DNA from: Rhodothermales bacterium
Lineage (GTDB): Bacteria; Bacteroidota; Rhodothermia; Rhodothermales; Bin80
NCBI GenBank assembly: GCA_965218495.1
Contig: OZ244626.1
Coordinates: 2,352,196 to 2,416,195, forward strand
Length of the DNA stretch: 64,000 nucleotides
Reading direction: 5' to 3'
The notes under the pieces are model-generated. The model was not told where the DNA came from. It ran no database searches and saw only the letters and a program-made list of their open reading frames with translations. Shown in pieces: positions 1 to 10,653 of the stretch (positions within the stretch are counted from its first letter, which is position 1; every line of letters begins with the position of its first letter). Made by a program: the position numbers and the translations under genes.

Positions 1-1672
1 TGATGACATCTTCATACCCAGGCACAAAGGGAGCTGAAAGCGGACTCGTGGTGGTTTCGATCTTCTTGTGCGTCCACCAATTTATTCCAATCTGGTTCGC
101 GTCCATGAGCCTCGTGACTGCATGGAACCAGGGATTTGAGTTTTCCCCCGTTTCGCCAAGCCAAAGCGGAGTATTCTGGCGGGCACGGAGATCCAGAAGG
201 TACTGGATGGAATTTTGGCCGATGCCATTCCAGTATTTATGAAAGGCATAGACCGTCTTCTCGCCCAAGTGCGGCTCCAAATCGCCAAACGTGGTCGCGA
301 AGTAGTTGCCCTCAATAAAAAACAGGTGGTTGGGATCGATGGGACGCACCGCCGTAATGATCTCTTCGTACAGTCTTCGCAGATCCCTGGACTCTACCCT
401 CGGATCGGAGTCGGGCGTCACCGGCTCATTGATGAAGTCATAGCCGATGATTAGAGGGTCTGCGGCATAGCGACGCGCAATTTCCCGCCAGATCTTGATT
501 GCCTGCGGCCAGTATGTCTCTTTTTCCGTCCATAGGCGCGCTTCGCCGTCGCTATCAGCAATGCCACCGTCACTTTGGGCCCCTGGTGCCGCATGCATAT
601 CGAGGATGACCCGCACTTCATGCGTGCGACACCAACCCAAAAATGTGTCCAGAAAGTCAAACCCATCTTCGTTAAAGGAGTCCGTGTCGGGATCGTAGTA
701 GTCGCGATAGTGAAACGGCAGCCGTATGTGATCAAAGCCCCACTGCTTGATAGCCTCTATGTCTTTCTCCGCAACAAAGTTCTCTCTGAAGAGCCGGTAA
801 AACTCGATGGCGTTGCCTTCGCCGATGAGATCCACAATCTGGTCGCGAATTGCTGTGGGCCCGTCCGGCCGGCCGGGCGTCGCGATGTGGAACATGTAGC
901 CCTCGGGCACAAACCAGCCGCCAAGTCCGATACCCTTTATGGCAATGGGACTGCCGCCTTCGTCCAGAATGTCCGTGCCACTAGTGCTGTAGTAGCCTGC
1001 ACTGGGGATGTCAACGCTCACGAGCTCAAACTTAAACGTGCCGACGGGCTTTACCGCGCCGGCAACCAGAAATGGACCCGTTTCAATGCGTGCGATGTTT
1101 TCCGGCGGACTCGTTGGGCTGTTCGGTGAAGTAAAGGTCACGCCACTGTCGGTGCCGGCGTCGTAGACAAGGGCGTCGACTTCAAGCGTGTCCACCCAGT
1201 ACCCGTCTTGAATCAACGACAGACCGCGCGTACCCACAAACCAGTCAGGACTCGGCGCTATCATGCTCGTGATGGTTACCAGAGGCCAGAATGGATCCAT
1301 CCTTATCTCAATGGTCCTCACGCCAGGCGGACTTCCTATGCCACCCCCGTCGATAACGAGATTGGCGTGGCCGTCCGTTATGGCCTGGTTAACCTCGGCA
1401 CGTAGCGCGGCCTTCTGTCCCAACTCCGCCATGTTTTTGATTCCCTGCGAGGCGAGCTGTCCGGGCTCCCAGAACGTCACGTTGGTGTTGTGGGACCCGC
1501 CAATGAGGCCGGAAAAATGTGGATTTGGCGGAAAATCCTGTGGATGTGTCTGTGCGCTCCAGGTAGCGTTGAAGGTAACCCTATACGTCGCCGTGCCCTG
1601 TGCGACAGCAGATTCCGCACCTGCGACCACGGTGACAATTGCGAATAGAATCCAGCAGCTTCCTTTTCTCAT
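1..1672 (-). CDS. Secreted Spondin_N-like domain fused to a glycoside hydrolase family 5 (cellulase-type) domain. The 3' end runs off the window.
   Basis: Absent from the ORF track because it is open at the window edge. Manual minus-strand translation from the ATG at 1672-1670 stays open to position 1. It gives MRKGSCWILFAIVTVVAGAESAVAQG (signal peptide), then TYRVTFNATWSAQTHPQDFPPNPHFSGLIGGSHN (spondin-N-like), then GH5-like FDHIRLPFHY, VILDMHAAPG and GYDFINEP. Confidence 0.8.
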   Translation of the reverse strand, partial: MRKGSCWILFAIVTVVAGAESAVAQGTATYRVTFNATWSAQTHPQDFPPNPHFSGLIGGSHNTNVTFWEPGQLASQGIKNMAELGQKAALRAEVNQAITDGHANLVIDGGGIGSPPGVRTIEIRMDPFWPLVTITSMIAPSPDWFVGTRGLSLIQDGYWVDTLEVDALVYDAGTDSGVTFTSPNSPTSPPENIARIETGPFLVAGAVKPVGTFKFELVSVDIPSAGYYSTSGTDILDEGGSPIAIKGIGLGGWFVPEGYMFHIATPGRPDGPTAIRDQIVDLIGEGNAIEFYRLFRENFVAEKDIEAIKQWGFDHIRLPFHYRDYYDPDTDSFNEDGFDFLDTFLGWCRTHEVRVILDMHAAPGAQSDGGIADSDGEARLWTEKETYWPQAIKIWREIARRYAADPLIIGYDFINEPVTPDSDPRVESRDLRRLYEEIITAVRPIDPNHLFFIEGNYFATTFGDLEPHLGEKTVYAFHKYWNGIGQNSIQYLLDLRARQNTPLWLGETGENSNPWFHAVTRLMDANQIGINWWTHKKIETTTSPLSAPFVPGYEDVI

Positions 1673-1854
1673 GATCTTGAGATTTTGATTCCGGGCTCAG
1701 TCTGGTAAATGTAATAGCGTAAGGCATACCGTGCCGCACTCTGGGCAATGCACTGCAACCAGTCGTGCGCTCCGCGTGCGCCAATTCGGCACACCTCAGA
1801 CTACGCGCACCTTCCAACGGCCACGGCGAAACACCAAAACGCCGACTACGGCCA

Positions 1855-3179
1855 TCATACCTTGTTCCACCGCAATTGCAGCAAACACTCCGCCAACCCC
1901 CAATCGAGCGTGAAGGCGAGGGCGTACGCCAGAGGTAGTTGTACAATCCAAGCGCAGAAAAAGTTGATCCATGTCGGCGTCCACATGGCACCGGCCCCGT
2001 TGAAGGCCTGCGTGACAACCATGCCAAACGCAAACAACACGTACGTAAAGGAGATGATCCTAAGGCACGACGTACCTACTTTAACGACACCGAGCTCTCG
2101 GGTGAAGATGTGTACCAGATGTTCTGTGGAGCGTACAACACTAACGCCACTGCGCCCAGAAACACCATGTTGGCAAAGCCGCTCACCCATACCGCTCGCT
2201 CAGGCTGCTTGGCGCCGAGATTCTGACCGACCATGGTAGCGGCCGCATTGCCCACGCCCCAAGCCGGTAGCAGTGCAAATATCAGGATGCGTACCGCGAC
2301 CGTATAGCCAGCCACTGCGGCCTCACCAAGGACGCCAATGAAGGCAAAGATCGCCGTCCAGCTCGCAGTAGAGATAAACATCTGCAGCATCGCTGGAGCC
2401 GAAAGGCTGATGGAACGCCGCATGATCTGCCACAAGATCCGGGCCGTACACAGCCGCAGTCGAATTCGCCCGCCGCCGCCGAAGAGCAGGTAAAGCTGGT
2501 ATGCCACTCCAATGCCGCGGCCTATCGACGTTGCGACGGCAGCACCCGTAACCCCCATCGCCGGCACCGGTCCCCAGCCAAAAATCAGCAGCGGATCCAA
2601 GGCAATGTTCAGCACATTCGCCAGCGCCAGTGCCTTAAGTGCCAACACCGCGTCCCCAGCCCCGCGAAAGATGCCGTTGATCAAGAAGAGCAGCAGGATG
2701 ATACCGTTGGAGCCGAATAGGACTGCAGCGTACGACGAGCCCACTTCTACAACGCTTTCAGGTGCCTGAATTAGGCGCAGCATCTGCGGCGCAAACAAAA
2801 TACCGGCGACAGCGAGCGGGATGGAAATGACAAGGACTGCGACGATGGCCTGCATGGCCGCCGCGCTGGCGCCCTCGCTGTCTTATTCGCCGATGCGCCG
2901 GGCCACCATGGCTGTTACACCCATGGCGAGGCCAAATCCAATCGCAAAGACAAGAATGATCAGCGTTGCTCATGCCCCCAGGGCGGCAGCACCGAGCTGC
3001 CCGACGAAGTACGCGTCTGCAAGCTCGAACACACTCTGCATGAGCATCTCGAGCACCATGGGAATGGCGAAGAACTCGATATTCCTTGCCATGCTCCCGT
3101 GCGTGTAGTCCCGCAACTCGCCGCGAAGGACGCCAATTACCTCGGCCCACAGGGTGGGTTGCGTTTCCGTCACCGCCAA
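1855..3179 (-). pseudogene. MATE family efflux transporter, disrupted by two in-frame stops and a frameshift
   Basis: Three collinear MATE fragments: 2970-3179, 2076-2855 and 1855-2190. Reading through 2856-2972 in the same frame gives ...LGA*ATLIILVFAIGFGLAMGVTAMVARRIGE*DSEGASAAAMQAIV, with TGA at 2970-2972 and TAA near 2884-2886. The C-terminal fragment is in a different frame, with the shift near 2125. Confidence 0.8.
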
Positions 3180-3870
3180 TGGGTCCTGGCCTAGAACATG
3201 GTAGCTGCTAATACTCCTGCTTTGAGTCCAAATAGAAACGTCTCGTGCGGATCATGGCGGTTTATACACGCGCAGGGCCAGCGTCGTGTCACCGCGCACA
3301 TTCCTCACCTTTCCCAAAAAGGCTACTATGGACCTTGTGGCGGCAGACTTAACAGATCAAAATCAATATACGTCACGCCCCATGCTGCGCCGGCAACTCG
3401 GCACGTGGCATTCTCACCTCTCGCTAGAATCTCAGTTTAGCATGAATCTTCTTTAGGGTACGCCGCCGCCGCCTTCGCAATGGTCGCGATATCGTCGTCC
3501 GTACGCATTTAGCGCATGCCATCCCCGCCTGAAAGGCTTGCCTACCGTGCAGAAGCTATACACCCCTAGCAGGCCTTATTCCAGCACCACAACAGTTTGT
3601 CGCCGTATGCGCTGGCGGAGTGTCGGGCAGCCCGGGAGCTCTCTCCATTCGCGCTAACTTTTTGCTGGACTCGATTCCTGTGTGTTGCTTCCGTTTGCAT
3701 TGAGTCGTGGTTGATGGAAATACCGATGCCTCTTGCAGTAGACAAATCCGGACGAAAGGAAGCACGGAGGTTTGGCCACTTACCATCCTGTTCGCCCGTA
3801 GCTGAGAATGATGTAGCACGACTTCGTCGCTAAACGCTTGATGTCGGATTAAGGGGACCGTTATCAGAGC

Positions 3871-3966
3871 GCCGGATATCGAGGACTGGGGCCTGCTGGC
3901 GTCGTTCTTGCCTGCGAATTGGCAGCAACTGGCCGCGAACACCGGCGCATTGCGCGGGCTGCGTAT
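3871..3966 (+). mobile_element. Short remnant resembling the N-terminus of an IS4-family transposase
   Basis: Manual translation gives DIEDWGLLASFLPANWQQLAANTGALRGLR. From memory this resembles the LPEGW...GAL..R N-terminal motif of IS4-type transposases. No continuation follows. Confidence 0.25.
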
Positions 3967-4076
3967 GGACCACTTTCATCGGACTCGGTGGCCCGCTTCA
4001 GAGCGGATTCAGTGGCCACGTCACCGGAAAACGGTCGCCGTCAACACCCACAAGTGCTTTTCTTGCTGAGGCCCGA

Positions 4077-4572
4077 GTGATGACCGCGCCCTCCCGCGCC
4101 ACATACGTCGCCCTGCTTCGGGGTATCAACGTCGACGGCAAGAATCGCCTTCCGATGAAGGATCTAGCGACGATATCCGGATGCCGGATGCCGAAACTAC
4201 ATCCAGAGCGGCAACGTCGTGTTCACCGCCGCCCCCAAAGCGGCCGAACACATCCCGTCGCTGATTTCGGGGGCGATTCGGGACCGTTTCACGCTCGAAG
4301 TGCCCATCCTGACGCGAAGCAGTATCGAATGGAGAGCGTTGCTGGAAGCTAATCCGTTCTTGCGGAAAGGTGCAGATACAAAGTTCCTTCACGTCGCGTT
4401 TCTCGCCCGGCGTCCGAATAAGAAACGATTCGCCGAGCTCGACCCGGACCGTTCACTCCCGACAAGTTCGCGCTACGCGGACGCTTTCCCCTGGGGCTAT
4501 GAGGTGCGGGCGCATATCCAGCACATGGAGGAAAGTCAAATTCGCCCTAAACCAAGTCGTGCGGGCGATTGA
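4077..4572 (+). pseudogene. DUF1697 family protein, frameshifted
   Basis: ORF 4077-4352 starts YVALLRGINVDGKNRLPMKDLA (the DUF1697 N-terminus). Similarity continues in another frame in ORF 4219-4572 (FTAAPKAAEHIPSLISGAIRDRFTLEVPILTRS...). The shift is near 4200. Confidence 0.7.
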
Positions 4573-5071
4573 ACCGGGATGCACTCTGGCCGAGATTTCC
4601 CGGCAATGGCCCGTTGTCACCGGATTGCTGGCAGCACCTCCCAGAGCTCAAATCTGCCAAGTTGAGCGCTATTTCCCCTGCACTACAACAAGCTAGCGCT
4701 TATGGGGGCTCTCGCCCCCGCCCGGCCTCACATTACAGAACGTGCGCGGCTTCGCTCGGTCTATCACGCGGTTGCTGCCAACCCCTTCGACTTGTCGTCT
4801 CCAGGCTCCGCTCGCTAGCGGTTGCCCTGAACTCAGCAACAGACTTGGGTACCCCCCCTCGCTTCAGCCTCACAACTGGGCCCGCCTCAGAAAGAACACG
4901 TCTTGTTCCATCTGGAGCAAAAACGGCTGGCGCCTCCCTTCTCCTAGTGCGGGCGCTGTCAGAAAACTAGTTAAATCACCAGCCTCAGCCCATCGGCTGC
5001 AGCCACGGACCCAGTCTCGTCGGGCAGGCAGTCATCAAGACGAATCTGCAAAAAGCACTGAATCAAGACGC

Positions 5072-5398
5072 TCAACTGATCATTCGGTAAAAACAGGAGC
5101 GTTGCCCGGTGTGGCATGCCGCACTCCCGTGCTGAGTGACCGCAAAAAGCAACGCATCTCCGTCGCAATCGATACGCACGTCCTGTACCTCCTGCAAGTT
5201 GCCACTTGTTGCGCCTTTCACCCACACGCATTGGCGACTTCGGCTCCAGTACGTCATAATTCCGGTGTCCAAGGTCCGGTGCAACGTGTCGGCATTCATG
5301 TAGGCTACCATGAGCACCTCGCGGGTCTGGTAATCCTGCGCAATAGCCACGACGAGGCCCTCGCTGTCAAAGCGAACGCGGTCCAAACTGTATTCCAT
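5072..5398 (-). CDS. hisI: Phosphoribosyl-AMP cyclohydrolase (monofunctional HisI)
   Basis: 108-aa ORF with LVVAIAQDYQTREVLMVAYMNADTL, SRSRQCVWVKGATSGN and ACHTGQRSCFY, typical of HisI. Confidence 0.9.
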   Translation of the reverse strand: MEYSLDRVRFDSEGLVVAIAQDYQTREVLMVAYMNADTLHRTLDTGIMTYWSRSRQCVWVKGATSGNLQEVQDVRIDCDGDALLFAVTQHGSAACHTGQRSCFYRMIS

Positions 5399-5465
5399 CC
5401 AAGTCCACCCAGGCTGTTGGTTCCCCTAATGATAGTGACGCGTAACAAAGCACCCTGCAAATTGT

Positions 5466-5750
5466 ATGAGTATCATGCTGTCTTGGATCAAGAGTGCCCC
5501 GCGGCATGCCTGCGTCGCGCTGGTTCGTGCGTACCAATTTGCACTTTCGCCGCTTGCGCCAGGTACGTGCCGATTCGTGCCGTCTTGTTCACAGTATGCC
5601 ATAGAAGCACTCTCCCGCTATGGTGCCCTCAAGGGAGGTCTCCTCGCTGGATGGCGCCTGTTGCGATGCAACCCTTGGGGCTCATATGGCTACGATCCAC
5701 CGCGCTGGTTTTCCGAGCCGCGTGTCGAAGATGACCCCGGCGCTGTATGA
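5466..5750 (+). CDS. yidD: Membrane protein insertion efficiency factor YidD
   Basis: 94-aa ORF with [35 protein letters not shown] and [15 protein letters not shown]. Confidence 0.9.
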   Translation: MSIMLSWIKSAPRHACVALVRAYQFALSPLAPGTCRFVPSCSQYAIEALSRYGALKGGLLAGWRLLRCNPWGSYGYDPPRWFSEPRVEDDPGAV

Positions 5751-6262
5751 GCGTCCGTGAGCACAAGGAGCACGCTGGGGCCATTTCACGAATACGGTGT
5801 GTGGTTATCACGGTGAGCGACACTCGCAACCTAGATACGGATCTCAGTGGGCGAGCGATCCATGCGCTGCTTGATGAGGCTGGGTTGCCAGTTGCCGCGT
5901 ATCATATTGTACCTGACGAGCCGCAGGAGATTCGCCGGCAAGTTGAGCGTGCAGCCCAGCATGCCGATGCCATCCTGCTGAGCGGCGGCACCGGCATCAG
6001 CCATCGGGATAACACCGTTGACACGCTGGCCAGCCTCCTGGAGAAGGAGCTGGTAGGGTTTGGAGAGCTTTTTCGGATGCTGTCGTACGGCGAGGTTGGT
6101 TCCGCCGCGATGCTGTCACGCGCAACAGGCGGCGTGTTTAGTGACACACTGGTCTTTGCCATGCCCGGTTCACCCAAGGCTGTCTCACTTGCACTTAAGA
6201 AGCTGATTATTCCTGAGCTCCCTCACCTGTTAGGAGAGCTGAGAAAGGTGCCACCACGATGA
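5747..6262 (+). CDS. moaB: Molybdenum cofactor biosynthesis protein B (MoaB/MogA family)
   Basis: 171-aa ORF with [25 protein letters not shown] and MPGSPKA. It overlaps yidD by 4 nt. Confidence 0.85.
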   Translation: MSVREHKEHAGAISRIRCVVITVSDTRNLDTDLSGRAIHALLDEAGLPVAAYHIVPDEPQEIRRQVERAAQHADAILLSGGTGISHRDNTVDTLASLLEKELVGFGELFRMLSYGEVGSAAMLSRATGGVFSDTLVFAMPGSPKAVSLALKKLIIPELPHLLGELRKVPPR

Positions 6263-6858
6263 GCCGCGTAACATCCTGCACGCTTCTTCTTGTGACGATT
6301 GGAGGCCTAATGCCTGCAATGGCTCAAGCACCTACGAACGTGGAGATTTACCAGGATCATGCCGTCGCGTGCCTTATTGCCGTGCCCGATACAGCTAGTG
6401 CCTTTGCGCTGCAGTCGCCGGGCGTGATGACGTTTCTGGAAACGGCCCTGGTTTCCCGTTGGACCACCGCAGGTGCAGCAGTCTTTAGGGCCGACTCGTT
6501 GCTGGCGCGCCCGCTCCCCAGCCTGGAATACAACGTGGAAGCGGCTAGCGTGACGTATGCTGCTGCGCGCCGAAGGCGGCTTGCGCGTACAGTCTCGCTG
6601 GCACTGCAATTCTCATGGACCTCCAGCAGCGGCCAGATTTTGCGCAGCGAGCGCTGTGCAAAGTCCGGCGAGGATTTCATCTTGCGGCGGGAAGTTCTTA
6701 CCCTTGAAACGCCGGCATATCCTGAAACTACGGGACACACGCCGCCCTCGGGCTGGACGCGGCGTTATCTTGAACCCATCGCATTGGGTGCCGCTACCGT
6801 TCTTACGGTCTTTCTCTTCTTCAACCTGCGCAGTAGCCGTGCCACGTCCGGCACCTAG
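6259..6858 (+). CDS. Hypothetical exported/membrane protein
   Basis: 199-aa ORF with an N-terminal signal-like segment (CTLLLVTIGGLMPAMAQA) and a C-terminal hydrophobic helix. It overlaps moaB by 4 nt. No family recognised. Confidence 0.5.
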   Translation: MSRVTSCTLLLVTIGGLMPAMAQAPTNVEIYQDHAVACLIAVPDTASAFALQSPGVMTFLETALVSRWTTAGAAVFRADSLLARPLPSLEYNVEAASVTYAAARRRRLARTVSLALQFSWTSSSGQILRSERCAKSGEDFILRREVLTLETPAYPETTGHTPPSGWTRRYLEPIALGAATVLTVFLFFNLRSSRATSGT

Positions 6859-6868
6859 GGGAGCACCT

Positions 6869-8512
6869 GTGGCAGGCTTGATCGTCGCTGCCCTGACGCT
6901 CGCCTGGCTAAGCGGTTGTGCCGAGCCCCGAGGCCCAAGCGGCGGGCCACGTGACACCACGCCGCCAGCTCTACTTGCATCGGAACCTGCCAACGAAGCA
7001 GTGAACTTCAGCGGCGAAATGATTCGGCTTGAATTCACGGAGTACGTCAATCAGGCCTCATTCACGCGTGCATTCTCCATTACGCCGGAACCCGAGGGCC
7101 AGCCCCGGTTCCGATGGCGGAAGAGGCGCGTAGACATCCGATTTCAGGCGCCGCTTCGAGACAGCACAACCTATGTCATTGCGCTTGACAATAACCTCCG
7201 CGACATGCGCAGCGTGGCCCTTAAGCGCCCAATCACACTCGCATTTTCTACGGGCAACATCATCGACCAAGGCCGGGTGAGCGGCCGCGCCGTAGAGTCG
7301 CTGATAGGCGTCCCTGCTGCGGGATTCGATGTGCTGGCATATGCAGTGCGCGGTGACACCGTAGCGGATACACCTTACTACCGCACCCAGACAGGCGACG
7401 ATGGATCTTTCGCGCTTGCATACCTGCGGGAGGGACCGTACTTCGTGGTGCTGGTGCAGGATCGCAACCGTGATTCGCGCCCTGGCCCTAACGAAGCATT
7501 TGCGACATCACCCGTGCCGGTGGTCACCGCAATGCCCGACACTTCGGGCGCCACCCTTCACTGGGTTATCAGTCGCCTCGACTCCATCCCGCCACAGATA
7601 GATCGCATTCGCAGCACGTCCAACAGCAGGCTCCTGGTACGCTTCTCGGAAGCCGTAGCTTTGCCAAACCTGGAGCCGGCTGCATGGACGCTGGAAGACT
7701 CCCTTACCGGTCAGCGCGTTGCGATTCGTGCACTATACATGACCAGAGGCGACGCCCGCAACGTCTACCTTCGCACCGATGCACTCCGGGAACGGGTCTA
7801 CCGTGTTCGCCCCGAAGCTGCGATTGCGGACTCCAGCGACAATCTCGTCTCGGCGGAAGCTTACTACCTTGCGGCAACGGCGCGTGTGGATACCGGAACA
7901 GTTCGGTTTACCGGATTTCTGCCAGCCGAATCAGCCGGTGCTGCAGACCTCGCGCCGTTCCTTGAGCCACGCATCACGTTTAGTGAAGCCTTGTTGGATG
8001 TTCAGCTTGCAGACCTTCTGACCGCAACGGACTCCGCCGGGACTGTTCGCGACGTGCAAGGTGCTACAAGCGATGGCACAACGTACACGCTCCAGTTCAT
8101 GCCCCCGTTGACCGCGGATGCCCCTGTGATTGTGTCTGTTCGGGATCCCGGGGGACGAGACACGGTGTATGTCCAGCAATTCGCGCGCCTTGGGAGCCGC
8201 GATTTGGGTAGCCTGAGCGGCGTCGCGCTCCCTGCAGATTCACTATTGGTGGTGGAGTTGCTCAGCCCCACCCGGCAGGTGCTTATGTCCATAGCAACCG
8301 ACACCAGTGGAGCCTTTGCTTTTGATGAACTGCCCCAGGGAAGCTACCATGTGCGTGCCTATCTTGACGCCAACGGCAACGGCCGCTGGGATGGAGGCCA
8401 GATTAGTCCGTACGTTGCGCCTGAGCCGATCACGTGGCTAGACGCCGCGCAGCAGGTCCGCCCCCGGTGGGACACGGCACTGCCGGACACCCTGCGCGCA
8501 GCTCTGTGGTAG
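6869..8512 (+). CDS. Ig-like (SbsA/Big_5-type) domain lipoprotein
   Basis: I moved the start from the track ORF 6557-8512 to the in-frame GTG at 6869, just after the upstream stop. This gives VAGLIVAALTLAWLSGC (lipobox), followed by DTTPPALLASEPANEAVNFSGEMIRLEFTEYV, typical of Ig-like surface domains. Confidence 0.7.
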   Translation: MAGLIVAALTLAWLSGCAEPRGPSGGPRDTTPPALLASEPANEAVNFSGEMIRLEFTEYVNQASFTRAFSITPEPEGQPRFRWRKRRVDIRFQAPLRDSTTYVIALDNNLRDMRSVALKRPITLAFSTGNIIDQGRVSGRAVESLIGVPAAGFDVLAYAVRGDTVADTPYYRTQTGDDGSFALAYLREGPYFVVLVQDRNRDSRPGPNEAFATSPVPVVTAMPDTSGATLHWVISRLDSIPPQIDRIRSTSNSRLLVRFSEAVALPNLEPAAWTLEDSLTGQRVAIRALYMTRGDARNVYLRTDALRERVYRVRPEAAIADSSDNLVSAEAYYLAATARVDTGTVRFTGFLPAESAGAADLAPFLEPRITFSEALLDVQLADLLTATDSAGTVRDVQGATSDGTTYTLQFMPPLTADAPVIVSVRDPGGRDTVYVQQFARLGSRDLGSLSGVALPADSLLVVELLSPTRQVLMSIATDTSGAFAFDELPQGSYHVRAYLDANGNGRWDGGQISPYVAPEPITWLDAAQQVRPRWDTALPDTLRAALW

Positions 8513-8582
8513 CCCCAGGCGGTTGATGTTGGCCGAAGGCGCCAAACCCATTTTGAGTTTAGGATTGATGGTTCTTCAAGGC

Positions 8583-10184
8583 ATGAAGCCTGTACTTACG
8601 GCCCAGGCACAGCGCGAAGCTGATCGCCTGACCATCGAGCAATTCGGCCTGCCCGGCCTGACGCTTATGGAAACGGCTGGACGAGCGGCCGCGATGCACA
8701 TCAGCGAAGCGCTGGACCCTATCAAAGACAAGCGCGTGGACATTGTGGCCGGCAAAGGCAACAACGGTGGGGACGGATACGTTGCCGCACGTGCACTCCA
8801 CGCACTGGGCGCACGAGTGCGTGTGTGGGAAGCAGGTGGCATGAATGAGATTTCGGAGGATGCAGCCTACCACCGGCGCCTGCTCGCAACCATCGCCGCC
8901 CGCGCCTTAGCAGACTCTCTTGCGTTGCTTCCTCTGGAAAGCGTGGTGCAATCGCACTCCGATGTCTACGTAGATGCCCTCCTGGGTACGGGGCTTTCGC
9001 GACCGCTTCGGCCTCGACTGGAGCGTGTGGTCCGGTTCCTCAACTCGCAGCCGGCCCCTGTCGTTTCCATAGACATTCCCACAGGGCTGCACGCAGACAC
9101 GGGCATGATACTTGGAGAAGCTGTCGAGGCAGGCTTGACCATTGCCATGGGGACGCTGAAGCCTGGTCACCTGTTAGACTATGGTCCCACCTGCGCTGGC
9201 AGAACCATCCCGGTTGACATTGGCATCCCGAAGCACATTGTGCAAGGCGTTCAGCAGGATTTCGGCAGCACGTGGCAAACCACAGACGCGGGCGTGCAAG
9301 CGCTGCTCCCGCATCGTTCGCACGATGTGCACAAATACAGTGTGGGCATGGTCTTGGTCGTAGGCGGATCTCCGGGCCTAACGGGGGCCGCTGTGATGGC
9401 TTCGCAGGCGGCTGCGCGCGCTGGTGCCGGTTACGTGACCTGTGCCACACATGCGTCCGTGCAGCCTGTGCTGGCCACCAAGCTTACGGCTATTGCTACG
9501 GTTGCCCTGCCGGAAAGTGCACCTGGCGACCTTGACGTAGCAGCAGCACGTGCCTTCCTTCGCGAACCGCTGCGCAAGGCCAAAGCGCTCCTTGTAGGTC
9601 CAGGGCTTGGGCGCGGGCACGGCACAAAGGCCTTTGCGCGCGCTCTCCTCAAAGATTCGGTTCTGCCAGCGGTCTTGGACGCCGATGGCCTCAATAGCTG
9701 GGTCGGACTTGAACATGAGATCGCGCAACATTCACAGGGTCGCTGGATTCTGACGCCACATGCAGGCGAGTTTGGCCGCTTGACAGGAGGCGCCGATACC
9801 TCTGATCGGACTAATGCTGCGCGGATCTGGGCCAAGCGATGGGACTCGGTTGTAGTCGCCAAGGGAATGCCCAGCGTCGTTGGGACGCCCAGTGGTGAAG
9901 TCTATATCTGCGGTGCGGGCAACAGCTCGCTGGCGACGGCCGGGACGGGCGACGTTCTTGCCGGGCTGTGTGCCGGACTGCTGGCCCAGGGACTTTCGCC
10001 TGCGGAATCCGCGGTCGCGGCGCTGCACCTGGGCGGGCTCTGCGCCGACCACTACGCGCGCCTGCATGCGCCCCAGTCCATGGCCGCTACGGACATGCTC
10101 ACCGCTGTGCCGCACGTCCTTAGGGAGCTGTCCACCTCGTTGCACAATAGCGGCAGTACCCAAATAGGCTCGCAAGGCCAGTAG
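8583..10184 (+). CDS. nnr: Bifunctional NAD(P)H-hydrate repair enzyme (epimerase + ADP-dependent dehydratase)
   Basis: The ORF contains YjeF_N (GKGNNGGDGYVAAR) and carbohydrate-kinase (GAGNSSLATAGTGDVLAG) motifs. I chose the ATG at 8583 (MKPVLTAQAQREADRLTIEQ). The track begins at an upstream TTG at 8523. Confidence 0.9.
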   Translation: MKPVLTAQAQREADRLTIEQFGLPGLTLMETAGRAAAMHISEALDPIKDKRVDIVAGKGNNGGDGYVAARALHALGARVRVWEAGGMNEISEDAAYHRRLLATIAARALADSLALLPLESVVQSHSDVYVDALLGTGLSRPLRPRLERVVRFLNSQPAPVVSIDIPTGLHADTGMILGEAVEAGLTIAMGTLKPGHLLDYGPTCAGRTIPVDIGIPKHIVQGVQQDFGSTWQTTDAGVQALLPHRSHDVHKYSVGMVLVVGGSPGLTGAAVMASQAAARAGAGYVTCATHASVQPVLATKLTAIATVALPESAPGDLDVAAARAFLREPLRKAKALLVGPGLGRGHGTKAFARALLKDSVLPAVLDADGLNSWVGLEHEIAQHSQGRWILTPHAGEFGRLTGGADTSDRTNAARIWAKRWDSVVVAKGMPSVVGTPSGEVYICGAGNSSLATAGTGDVLAGLCAGLLAQGLSPAESAVAALHLGGLCADHYARLHAPQSMAATDMLTAVPHVLRELSTSLHNSGSTQIGSQGQ

Positions 10185-10653
10185 AAGCAAGTCGCCAGAT
10201 ACGAGGACGCGCTGTTAGAGCAATTTGGTACCGCGTCATCCTGGAACTAATACTGAGATTGAGATACCCGAGTGACTGCGGGCGGCACGCGGGCCATGGC
10301 ACGGTGACTATCATATTTGCCGCGGAGGGGGAGGACAGCATCATTGCACCCGTGTTCATGCAAGGCATTGGCGGGACCAGTGACCGGAGGCCCTGACGCT
10401 TGGCAAGCCTCGCGCCGCCCAACCCTGATATAGGGACGGAATGGCGGCAAGGGGGGCGAAGGGGGCACCCGACTCAGTACTGGCTGTATCCATTCGAGCA
10501 GCAACGAATTGCGTGGCTACTAGCCCTAAGGCGGCAACTTTTCTTGGAGTTCGTCAACTAACGTCTAAAGGAAGACCTGCCGGGCGCGGCCGTCCTTTGG
10601 CTGTGTCCGCAGCCCTCCCCGGATAGCATCTAACCAATCTGAACACCAGCATC

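Noticed and set aside
575-1688. Track ORFs 575-1129 (+) and 1263-1688 (+) at the left edge.
   Set aside because: They are antisense to the uninterrupted minus-strand Spondin_N-GH5 gene, which the track omits only because it is open at the window edge.
4700-5071. The approximately 370-bp ORF-free stretch downstream of hisI, considered as a structured RNA (RNase P, tmRNA, SRP) or as a decayed hisE.
   Set aside because: None of the universal motifs of those RNAs were found (GGAAAGUCCGG, a tRNA-like 3' end, the SRP GGAA/AGCA loop). Translations show at best faint HisE-like strings, too weak to call without a profile search.
4742-5734. 330-aa plus-strand ORF spanning hisI and yidD.
   Set aside because: It runs antisense through the well-supported hisI gene and out of frame across yidD. 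Its composition is R/A/P/S-rich, typical of off-frame GC-rich DNA, and it has no recognisable motifs.
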